Shown one piece after another: positions 44,785-59,559 of a DNA stretch of 64,000 nucleotides (positions are counted from its first letter, which is position 1; the number at the start of each line of letters is the position of its first letter). The stretch lies in the NCBI RefSeq assembly GCF_009914755.1, contig NC_060936.1. One strand, given 5' to 3'. This DNA comes from the human T2T-CHM13v2.0 reference genome, Homo sapiens. The position numbers were made by a program, and so were the translations under genes. Under the pieces are notes generated by a model. The model saw only the letters and a list, made by a program, of their open reading frames with translations. It ran no database searches and was not told the DNA's origin.

Positions 44785-44794
44785 GCTGCTTCAT
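44777..44794 (-). other. Out-of-frame upstream ORF (MKQHD*) overlapping the ITPR2 start codon
   Basis: ATG AAG CAG CAT GAC TGA; the uATG is 10 nt upstream of the main ATG and has A at -3. Whether it is translated is unknown. Confidence 0.7.
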
Positions 44795-45205
44795 GTTCCA
44801 CAGTGGACGTCCCTCTTCTTCCCTGCGCCCTCGCCGCCCTCTCTCCAGGGAGCCGCCGCGGCAGAAGCGGATCGGATCGCGGGACTACAGCGGCCAAGAG
44901 CCGCGGCGGAGGGCACGGCCCGAGCCACTGAGCGTCGCGGCTCAGCCGTGCGTGCGCGCCGGGGAAGCCAGACCGGGGCCAAGCCGCAGCTGCGGACACC
45001 CCGCGAAGAGCGCAGCCCAGGCGCCCAGAGAAGCCGCAGCCGCCGCCGCCTCCCCGGCAGGTTTCCTGTTCCTTTCTGAAGTTTTCTCTCCAACACCTTT
45101 GCTCCTCCTCCTCCTCCTTCCCTCTCCGCTCCCCACTCCGTGTCCACTCCCTGCTCTGCGACCCGCTGCGGCCGTCACAGCCGCCCGGCGGGAGCTGGAA
45201 GTGGC
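44785..45205 (-). other. ITPR2: ITPR2 5' UTR (TSS position approximate)
   Basis: GC-rich sequence upstream of the ATG. TSS is inferred near an initiator-like CCACTTCC (~45204-45197), just downstream of the CCAAT/GC boxes; it is not directly observable. Confidence 0.6.
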
Positions 45206-45350
45206 CGAGCCCCCTCGGTCCCCTCAGGGGAATTTTTGGACCAGGTGCCGGTGCCCATTGGGCGAGGAGGAGGAGAGGAGCCCTGGAGAGGTGGGGGGGC
45301 GGCCAATCAGGGAGCAGCGGCCGGGGGCGGAGCTGGGCCGGGGCGGGGCG
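45195..45350 (-). promoter_or_regulatory. TATA-less core/proximal promoter with ETS, two CCAAT boxes and two GC boxes
   Basis: GGAAGT at 45197-45202. ATTGG at 45257-45261 and CCAAT at 45303-45307 (opposite orientations). GGGGCGGAGC at 45324-45333 and GGGGCGGGGC at 45340-45349. Confidence 0.7.
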
Positions 45351-46403
45351 ACCCTCGGGAGGCCGGGCCACCCGGGAAGCCTCTGCTGCCGCCGCACCGG
45401 CCCGCGCGGGGACGCGACGCTGGGCGGCGCTGGAGGGGCGGCGGGGGACCCCGGCGGGGGAGCGGGCGCGTGCGGCCGCCCTGGAGAGGCCGGACCTGGG
45501 GCGCGACAGTCGCTGCCTGGGAACTCGAAGAAGCTTGATGGGGGCAGGGAGGGTGAGAGGTGGCGGCCGGGCGAGCGCACTGTAGGACCCGAGCACAATG
45601 GAGAGAGCCCCCGAACTGCTGGAGATGAAAAGGTGGAGCCCCAGCGGGGTGGGTAATTTGCTGGCCAAGGAAGAGGTAGGCGTTGAAGTAAAGGAAAAAA
45701 ATACAAATAAAAAATAAATGCATGATGAAGAAAGTAGAAGAGAGGAAGGAAGAGAGTGAGGGAAGGAGGATGATCTCGATTTCGTTATGTAGTTTGGGTG
45801 GTCTTTTTCCTCTTCTTTTCTCAAGTACGCGGCGTTAATGAAACTCGACCCGTCCGCTGATGTCCAGGTGGACGCGAGCCTCCAAGGAGGTAAACGTCAC
45901 TTGGCCAAGCCAGTTTTTGTAGCCAACCTTCAGCGGTGAGGGCTCAGTGGAGCTGAGCTTTAAGCCTCCGAGGCCGCGCCTCCTGCGCTTCGTTAACTCC
46001 AAGCCGAGGTTAACCTTCCACCCCCATCAGCCCAAGGTCCCCGGCTCAAGACAACCCTGGCTTGTTTACGTTTAAAGCTGCTGACTCTTAAAGCTCCAGC
46101 CGTTATAAGCAAAACGCAGCTAGACACTTTTCCACGCCTTCTCTGTTGCTTCTGTAGCCCTCTTCTTAGAACATGATTTTAAAAGCCTTTTGCTCTTCCC
46201 TTCTAGAAGACACAGTGGAGGCAAACTGTATGGCGGTTTTGATACCAGCCACCTAATTTAAAAGTGCTACATAAGTAATCCCCACAGAGCAAAGTTTGTA
46301 GAAAGGCAGAGGAACTTGGGGTGTGCAGAAGCATGTTGTGTCAAATTGTGCAACTGACCAAAATGTAACTTACAGTCAGATGTCTTACATGTCTTACAGT
46401 TCA

Positions 46404-46896
<493 letters not shown>

Positions 46897-47156
46897 TTAT
46901 GTGTCCTTCTTTGTAAAAAGTTACTTGACAACTTAGAAATGCCTGTTACATAATCCAGCCCTTCTCTGTCTACACACATTATATCACTGTTGGGGGCCAC
47001 CAAGACATTGGGCATAGGAGTTATTAAAAAGCTGAGACAGAACAACATAGTGACCCTGGAAATGGAAGTTTCTGTTTATCCAAGAGATCTGTGCATTACA
47101 TTGTATTGTTCCCCATATTGCACGGCACTACTGTGCTATACATCCAGTGGATGCTC

Positions 47157-47722
<566 letters not shown>

Positions 47723-49413
47723 CCAATGTCTTCCTTCCTCTTCACCCTGTCCCTACCACCCACCACTCAACACCCACAGAGGTATCCAATATAGTCTGGG
47801 GACTGGAGCTGGTCACTCTTCTGTGTTGGCATGGCAAAGATGGTTAGCTGGCCACAGAGAGGTGGCCTAAGGGGTGGCCAAGGGATTCATACAAAGTCTT
47901 GGGATCACTTTTTATTTGTTTCTCTACCTAGTTCTTCCTTTCTATTATCTCAAATATGTCTCTTTTTCACCTTCTCCTATATCATTGCCCTCTTCTACAC
48001 AGTTGCCTGTTTCCACCCTTCCAGTCTCTCCCACTTGCTATCCCATAGCAAGCCAGAGCTTTATACTTACAAAGTTGATCTCATCAAAACTGCTCAAACC
48101 TCCAATGACAGCTTATTGTCTACAGTAAGGCCTACCTGCTGATGTGAGTGTTAGATGTGAACGTCAGTCACTCTAAATAGACTCTCCTATACTAAGAATA
48201 TGAGACAGTTTGCCAAACCCTCACTCACCATGTCCTGTATTCCACACCATCCATGATCTGGTCTCCTTCTCCTTTTACAACCTGAGTTTCTGCCCTTCCA
48301 TTCCTGGTATCCAGGAAAGCCAGACTTTTCACATGTAACCTGGCACTTTTAGTCTCATGTCTTTGAGTGTGATGTTCCCTCTTCCAGAAGTTCCTCTTCT
48401 CCCTTCTCCCACCTCTGCATGCCCAAGTTCTCCTTCCCCAGTGGAACTTCCTATATACTGCCAAGGCAAAGTTCTGCCTCCTCCTGAATTCCCATAGCCA
48501 GGCCAACTTGCCCCCTAACATTTGTGGGTTTCCATGCCGAGAGTATCAGAGGCCCTTATTACGTAGTCTAAATATTAAAGGTTGCTAATTAACTAATAAA
48601 CTGTAAAAGGTGGTGTAGTGTAGAGAGAGTTGGCCCACGTTTCCAGCTTCTGTCTCTATACTTGGGGAAATGAATTTATGTATGAGATTCTGGGATCTTG
48701 GACACTCAGGACACAGTTTAGAAGCTAGAGGAGGAAGTTCAGGCTTCTGGTGAGCGTGTCCCCTTAATCCAGAAGATCCTGTAAAACTCAGAGCCCAGGT
48801 CAGGGACTCAGTTGCCTGGTCTAAGGGCACATACCTTTTAAGGTACCTCTCAACACTTTCCACCTTGCCTTCTTGTTATATCTGTACATCTTGAGTCTTA
48901 CCAAACTAGAAACATCCTGAAAATGAGAACAGTGTCTAATTCATGTTTTACCCCTCATGGGGACTAGCAGTACCCATTTATGACTTCAATAAATATTTGG
49001 TAGATAAATGAAATAATAAATAATTTAGAATTTTTGAATGCTTAAATATGTTTATTACTTTGGATGATGAGAACAGTCCACCAAATGATATTCAAAAAGT
49101 CTCCTGTGCTGAGACTATGAGTCACTTCAGCAAAAGCCCAAGTTATCATGCCCTAAAAAACCCATAGGGAGAGATAATAAATAGAGCAGGATGTAATATT
49201 TGAAATGTTTACTCCCAAAGGATTGCCTATATTAAAAATAAGGTTTCAGTAACAAGTTCTTCTAGCGGAGATGTTTTCAGGGTAATTTACATTCAGTGTT
49301 CACTTGGATATCCTCAGATCAACACTAGAAGTGAAAGGGTTTGCAATCTATTATCTGTCAACTGAGTGTTTTGTGAATCCCTTTTCTTATTCCCTGCCTT
49401 GTAATAAATATAA

Positions 49414-50236
<823 letters not shown>

Positions 50237-51024
50237 TCCAGACTTCCTTAGATCAATAGGCCAGCATCAGGGAGGGATGTGGTCTTCTCTTTTACTCCTT
50301 CCCTTACATCTTCACATTTTAGCTTCTTGGGTGTTGGGAAGGGAATGCAGGATCAGGATGAAATGAGCAAACATATCATTCTGACCTGGGTTTGCAATTT
50401 CAGTCCTCACGACTCCACTGCTCATCTAGTAAACTCTGACTGGTTGCAGAGGCCTTCTTGTCAGGTGGTTGTCAAATAGCAGTTCTATGCTGGGCATGTG
50501 GATGAAGATTTTAAAAGCTCTGAAAGACCTCGCAGTGCACAGTTCTTCGAAGTGGGAGAGCTTGCCCCAGCCTGACTTCTTCCCAACCCCTTCAGCTCCA
50601 CCCCTGACACTATTATCCACAGGCCAACAAACCTCTTGGGTGGGTTCTAGCAAGTCTGGCCTCCTTTTGACCACATGAGATTTAGGCAGGGTCTGCTTCA
50701 TGGTGTTGCAACCTGTGCAATAGCACAGGGCCCCATGATTGGTTTGATGTTTTGTTGGTGCTATCCTGAAATTCTTGATTATTTTTTAACAAGAGGCCCC
50801 ACAATTTTATTTTTCACTGAGCCATGAAAATTTATGTAGGTAGTTCTGGATACAGGCATCCTTACCATGCCAAAGACTGGGCATGTAAACGGCTCCACTG
50901 ATCCCCCTCATTCCATCAATGTTTCTATCAATCTCCAATTCCTTTTTCCCTACTCAGACAGATCAACAAATCTGACATACCAAATCACTTCCAATTAGAA
51001 CATCCAAGGCCAGGCTCTTGTAGG

Positions 51025-51449
51025 TGAGAGGTGACAGTGTGCTGGCAGCCCTAGCTCGCTCTCAGCGCCCACTCTGGCTGCGCTTGAGGAGCCCTTCAGC
51101 CAGCCGCTGCACTGTGGGAGCCCCTCTCTGGGCTGGCCGAGGCCGGAGCCAGCTCCCTCTGCTTGCTGTGGGGTGTGGAGGGAGAGGCGCGGGCGGCAAC
51201 CGCGGCTGCAGTGCACTTGTGGGCCAGCTCGAGTTCCGAGTGGGCATGGGCTGGGCGGACCCGCACCCGGAGCAGCCGGCCAGCTCCGGCCCCGGGCAAT
51301 GAGGGTCTTAGCACCTGGGCCAGCAGCTGCGGAGGGTGCGCCGGGTCCCCCAGCAGTGCCAGCCTGCCAGCTCTGTGCTCGAATTCTCACCGGGCCTCAG
51401 CTGCCTCCCTGTGGGGCAGGGCTTGGGACCTGCAGCCCACCATGCCCAA
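51025..51449 (+). mobile_element. LTR12 (ERV9) 5' fragment
   Basis: Begins TGAGAGGTGACAG(T)GTGCTGGCAGCCC and contains gcttgaggagcccttcagcc..gctgcactgtgggagcccct, characteristic of the LTR12C/D/E 5' end; stops abruptly after ~425 bp. Confidence 0.9.
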
Positions 51450-51821
51450 GGAAAAATCTCTGCTACTCCTCACTAGGCCAAAAATGAACAACTCTGCTAA
51501 TTCACCATAATCAATTTGTATTCAGTGTGGAGAGTTTTGTGAATTTGCTCTCTAATAAATATACATTAGTCACGTATACCTCCTGTTGTGAAATGTTGGA
51601 CTAAAAATGTGTCCTTAAGGCCTCTGGGTCAAAGCTAAAAGGAAAAAGGTGGGCGGGATAGGGGAGAATGTAACCATCTCAGCCACTATCATCTTAACAG
51701 TCATGTGAGACAGATCCTGTGGCCATTTCCCCTATCCCCAGCCACCTTTCCCCCATAGTGTAACAGCCCAATGGGGTTAACCCCACCCCCAACTCCAAGC
51801 ATGGTTCTTAACTAGGCTAAA

Positions 51822-51985
51822 CCAGTGTTTCTCAAGCTTTAGTACACATAAGAACCGCCTGGAGAACTTGTTAAAACACAAATCCTTGGGCCTTAGCTCC
51901 TGAGATTCTGATTTAGCTTGTCTTGGTGGGGACTTACTAACATTCCTGAAGGGGGTGATTGTATGTCGGTAGGGGTTGGGGAGAA
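51822..51985. mobile_element. MER5A-like hAT DNA transposon
   Basis: cagtgtttctcaagcttt..gaaccgcctggagaacttgttaaaacaca..agattctgattta. Confidence 0.75.
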
Positions 51986-52029
51986 GAGGTTGAAACAAAC
52001 CTTGGCTAGTGGCTCAGAAAATGATCTGT

Positions 52030-52995
<966 letters not shown>

Positions 52996-53929
52996 GTTGT
53001 CTAGTGGACAGGAATTTAAGAATAATCCCAAACCAGATCTGTTTTGAAGATGTGGCCCAGAAGAAACAATCTTAGCCTGGGAAAACTCTGGAAATGCAGG
53101 CCAATCTCCAGGCAACAAAAAGTCTGACATTCATCTCAAAAATATTGTCTATCACATCTTTTGACCCTTAACCTCTCTGTTTCCAAAGCCAGAGTTTGAC
53201 ATCAATCTACTGTGTTTCCCTACCTGCAGGAGACAAATATAAGCTTTCCATGTGGTGCCTTTGAAGTTCTTCTCACTAGATTAGATCTGAGAGTCAAAGA
53301 CTTCCCTCCCCATGACTGACACACACACACACGCACACACACATGCATGCACACGTTCTTCTCTCCTGCACTGGGTATGTACGGCGTGAGACGCAACAGA
53401 GCAGTAGCTCATTCCAAAACACTCACATCTCCAACAGCCCAACTGTTTCATATCCTTGGTCTGGGAGAAAGATTTTTAAGCATTGTATCCCTTGTGGTCA
53501 AATATTTCCTTTCAAAATTTGCATCTTGGTCTTACTGATGGTATTTCGATGCCTCCACTGAAACTCCCAACTTCACATCCCATTAAAATATTCTTCTGAA
53601 TATTATATATATTCACCATAATCATATGGTGAATATTATATATATATATTATTTGAGGGTCACAGTTCTTAGAAGTATTTACACTACTTGCTGCTGAATC
53701 GCTTATGGCTTGATCTGACCCTAATGTCATAATTCTGTAAGGGCTTGGAAATGAAAAAGAGGAGAGGTGTTGTAATTAGAAGTATTTTATGAAGAACTGA
53801 TACAACTGATACCATTTGGTTCTAAGAACCATGATCAATTAGAGCTGAGAATCATCAAAATATTGAAGAAAAGAGAAAATGGCCCAGTCTCTATAACAGA
53901 AAAGAATGGGGAGTTTTAAGAAAAAAATG

Positions 53930-56360
53930 AGCCAGTCACTGTGGTTCACACCTGTAATTCCAGTTCTCTGGGAGGCCAAAGTAGGCGGATTGCTTGAGCC
54001 CAGGAGACCAACCTGGGCTGCATGGCGAAACCCCATCTCCACCAAAAATACAAAAATTAGCCAGGCGTGGTGGTGCATGCCTATAGTCCCAGCTACTCAG
54101 GAGGCTGAGGCGTGAACCCGGGAGACAGAGATTGCAGTGAGCCAAAATCACGCCTCTGTGCTCCAGACTGGACGGCAGAGTAAGACCCTGTCTCAAAAAA
54201 AAGTATGCATATCTAAAATCTTGCCTACTTCAATTTGCAGTGATTCTTCCCCAAATACAATTTAATGTTCCCATGTAGATGTCAGAAAGCATTTATCAGG
54301 CACTTAAATGAATCCCATACCTGTATGCCACAATAGTTAAGGACACAAGTATTGCATAGACCTGGGATGAGTTACTAATTCACAATTTACTCTCTACCAG
54401 GCTTTATGCAAATACATAACCTCTGGGGCCTCGTTTTACTTATCTGTAAAATGAGGACAATAATGGTATCTATCTCATGTGGTCTTTGTGAGGTTTAAAT
54501 TAGAAGTTACATTTAAGGGGCTTGATGTGGTGCCTGGCATAAAGTGCTTAATAACCTTTCATGTTTTTTGTTTTGTTTTGCTGTTTTTTAGAGAGAGGAT
54601 CTCACTCTGTCATCCAGGCTGAAGTGCAGTGGTGCAGTCATAGCTCACTGCATCCCAGAATTCCAGGGTCAAGCAATCCTTTGGCTTCAGCCTCTCAAGG
54701 AGCTAGGACTACAAGGCATAAACCACCACATCCAACTTCAATAAATATTAGCTATTATTATGATTATGATTATCTGTGAGAAAAGCAGCATGAAATGTCA
54801 TAAGAAAACCAAGCATCAGAGGTGTTTCTGTCTATGCAATAAGACATGCCAGTGACTGAGCCCACACCAGAGCTGTCTCCAGAGCCTCTGGGCCACCAGC
54901 TCTGCCATTTACAGATCAATCCCTTCCATCAACTGTAGCGAATTCTTTTTTTGTTGTTTTTTGTTTTTGTTTTTTGTTTTTTGTTTTAAGATGAGTCTTG
55001 CTCTGTCGCCTAGGCTGGAGGGTAGTGGTGCCATCTCAGCTCACTGCAACCTCCGCCTCCCAGGTTAAAGTGATTCTCCTGCCTCAGCCTCTGGAATAGC
55101 TGGGATTACAGGCCCCCACCACCATACCCAGCTATTTTTTGTATTTTTAGTAGAGACCAGGTATTGCATGTTGGTCAGGCTGGTCTTGCACTCCTGGCCT
55201 CAAGTGATCTACCCGCCTCTGCCTCCCAAAGTTCTGGGATTACAAGCATGAGCCACACTGAGCCAGGGCAAAATTCTTGATAATTATTAAATTTTTCTTT
55301 TTCAAGGAATTTGAATTTTTTAAAAAATATGTGTAAGAGAAAGAAATCAATTTTTTTAACAGACACGTTTCAGACATCAGGGAAAAGCAAATTTTGAGAC
55401 AAAAGAAACAAAATGGCTAAATTTCCAGCCTGGTGCTATAAAACCACCCACAATTGTCACATGAGAACTCTGCTTTCCACAAGCTGACAGCTTTTTATCT
55501 CTTCAAAGAAGGTAGCGGATAAAACCCACAGAGAAAACTGCCATCTAACACCAGAGAATGCTGCCATGCTTGTGGTTCCTGATTTTTGGGAAGACATAAT
55601 ACTTTGGTTGGGCAAAACCAGGGAGAATAAATCCAGGGAAAACTTCCTGGAGTCCTTTTTCTCACCCCTGTGATTCCCCCAAGTTTACCTTTGTTTTCTC
55701 TCATTTATGAATCTAGTTTGAAATGCAGTAATGTGGGTCTACTTTAGTGCATTATTTCGGATGTATACATCCTGATTACCCAACTAATTAGCATCAATTT
55801 GTTTAAGGCAAGAACTCTGAGTTGTACTTTTTGTTTCAGAGTGAACACCTAGATGTGAAGGAAGCTGTTTTGTACCTGTTTTTTGTACCTATAGGCACAG
55901 TACCACAGTCTACAGTCCTGATTATTTGTAAGAACTCAATATATAAAAAAGAAAGTATAAGAAATCAATGGGAAAGCATGAGATTATACAAGAAATGATG
56001 TTATTTACTTACATGGAGAATACTAGTTTAGCAGTTTTAAGCTATCACGTATCTTAAAAATAAATCCAGGGCCAGGTGCAGTGACTCACGCCTGTAACCC
56101 CAGCACTTTGGGAGGCCAAGGTGGAAGGATCACTTGAGGTCAGGAGTTTGAGACCAGTCTAGGCAACATAGCCAGACCCCATCTTAAAAAAAAAAAAATT
56201 TAATTTAAAAAATTTTAAAAACTACATCCATAGTCCCAGTTACTCAGAGGCTGAGACAGGAAGATCTCTTTAGCTCAGGAGTTTGAGGCTTCAGTGAGAC
56301 ATGATGGTGCCACTGCACTCCAGCCTGGGTGACACAGTGAGACCTTGTCTCAAAAATAAA
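53930..56360. mobile_element. Alu/MIR-rich block: Alu 53930-54202 (+), MIR ~54330-54560, partial AluJ 54563-54735 (-), AluS 54946-55267 (-), AluJ 56070-56360 (+)
   Basis: Recognisable Alu and MIR consensus segments. Confidence 0.85.
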
Positions 56361-57136
56361 TTAATTAATTTTATATTTAATGACTTAATGTATTCATCTG
56401 AATTCAAAATTCACCAAAATAAAGGGAATTGAATATTTACCATCTTAAGAACAGGGGATACCTATGCTTAGAAATACATATGCATTAATATAAAAACATA
56501 AAGCAAATTATGAAGTAAGTTTAATTCTTACAACTTTAAATTTTTATGTAAAAATTCTAACACCAGTAAGGGAAGGGGAAAGGGTGAGTGAAGGGAACAA
56601 AAAGCGATATAAATGTGTTTACTACCACTGAACTGCATACTTAAAATGGTAAAGATGGTAAATTATATATGTATTTTTTCTTCTATTTTTAAAATGTAAC
56701 AAAAAACTCAACTGAAAGTAAAACAACAAAGTGGGAATAGTTTGCAACAAATATTATAGGCAAAAGGTTGGTTATAGGCAAAAAAATAAAAGTAATATAA
56801 TAGTGAGATATCATTTCTCATGCATTAGATTAGCAAAATAAAAGTTTTTAGTTATTGTAACCAATGCTGTTAGTCAAACAGCCAATATCATATTTTGTAC
56901 AACCATTTTAATGGCAATGTGGACATATGGAATATAACCTAAAGAAATAATCCTATGTATGAAAAGTGCTTTATTCACAATTATGTTTATCATAGTAATA
57001 ATAATAAGCATGGAGAAGAAAATAAATATTGAACAGTAGCAAATTAGTGATTACACTGTAGCAGCTGCCAGGGAGTATAGTAAGCAATTCTTACTAAGAA
57101 TATGTAATAATATGTAAAATGATTTATATGATGACT

Positions 57137-57542
<406 letters not shown>

Positions 57543-58905
57543 TGATGACTTTAAAAGCAAGATTGAATCACTAGGGAAAAAACAATAATCAACAAAAAAT
57601 ACTACTATAATAAAACTATGGTAATTTTTTCTCCTTTCTTCTTTTAGAGAGGATCTATTTTTTAAAGAAAAATATAAACTGTTCCACAATAAATGGCATT
57701 TGCTTTTAAGAAAAAAAAATTCCCCCCAAAATTATAAGGAAGGCTTTTTCCAGCAAAATCTGATAATGGCACAGTAGAGTGAGGGCAGAGCAGTAAAAGA
57801 GGGAATCATTAGTTTCCGCTGCGCAGAAGACATGATGGGAAATTCCCTCTCGGTGTTTTAATTGATCTTTTCCTATAGGTGCATATTTTTAAGAAAATGA
57901 TTATCATGTTCTTTGTAATGAAATCATAAGGACAGCACATACAGCTTCGTGGCGTTTTAGCAATTCATTTTTCCTGGGCCAGTATCTCCTGGCATCTTTC
58001 AGAATATCTCAGAGGAAAAAAGTACATGTGGAAATTCAAGAAGCCAGTAGAATTTGAATCCACCCTTCCTGGCAGAAACAGATTTCTGAAGATTGGAATG
58101 TAGTTCTCCATGACAACCTTATCAGTGTCTGGTGTCTGCTTATTTCTGAGTACCATGTTCCAGGAAAGTGTTGCAACTAAACTTGTTACCATTTTTGCGG
58201 TAGCTATGAGCTCCCGGCTAAGCACAGATGTGGCCTCGCTCACCGTTACAATCTCTGCTTATCAAACTGGAGCAGGCTTTGCATTGAATAAAGCTTGCAA
58301 TAAATGATACAGAGACACTGACAGAGAGGTAAGATGCTAAACTCTTTTCAATAGGAGCTTTTTAGAGATAAGTCAAATATATGGACCTAAACTTAGCTCC
58401 CCAAGCTCTTCCAAATCAGCTTCCATCTACTCTGAAGAATGTTCTAAGACAGGTGTGAATCTAATCCAGTATTTTTCCATTGAAATAGGTTTACACTAGA
58501 GAAAACTCGAAATTTTTTTCAAATAGTACGAATATACCCATCACAGCTGCTTCACACGGACTTTCATTTCCCTGAAATGATAGACACCTGCTCCATACGT
58601 CACTTCCTACCCATATTTGTATGTAAACTGAGATAACAGGACACCAGGTTTTGAATATGTGCTCACTTCCTTGAGACTATTTAAGCATCTGTATTGTGGA
58701 ATTTCTGAAAGAAAGTGTAAATGGCAATGTGTGGAACTAAAGGGTAGGCAGGTAGATTAAGCAGTAGATTAAGCCAGCAGTAACTGTTCTGTTTGCTTCC
58801 GAAAAGCATGCTATTTTACCCACAGGCCACAGTTTCTCCATTCCCAGTTGTCCAGGATATTTTCTCCTAGAGTTGTTCCATAATTGCCTATGTCTCTGAT
58901 ACTAA

Positions 58906-59315
<410 letters not shown>

Positions 59316-59559
59316 CTATATTAACTTTACTTTCACTCTTAAAGTTTAAAATTATCATCTGGTTGTTAGTCATTAGTATTTTCTTCTAACTTGATGTTTA
59401 TCTAACTTTTTTTTTCCTTATAGATTTTCTTCTTGTCAGCCTATTCTTCGACCAAAGATGAATATTTTGGGAGAGAGATCTCTTTCTCTCTACTCTCACC
59501 CTGCTAAGACACATCCCATCAATCCAAACAGCATCAGTCATCAGGCACCATTCATGGTT

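Larger units (their letters stand above)
44080..46000. promoter_or_regulatory. CpG island spanning the ITPR2 promoter and exon 1
   Basis: Very high GC and CpG density against an AT-rich, CpG-depleted background. Confidence 0.92.

Noticed and set aside
45227-45237. NF-kB-like GGGGAATTTTT in the promoter
   Set aside because: Lacks the terminal CC of the consensus.
44781-45824. Long overlapping ORFs (347, 287, 160 aa and others) over the promoter
   Set aside because: Ala/Arg/Pro/Gly-rich, on both strands, and expected from stop-codon scarcity in a CpG island; the 347-aa ORF begins upstream of the likely TSS.
50995-51510. Cluster of ORFs at 51 kb
   Set aside because: GC-rich LTR12 sequence.
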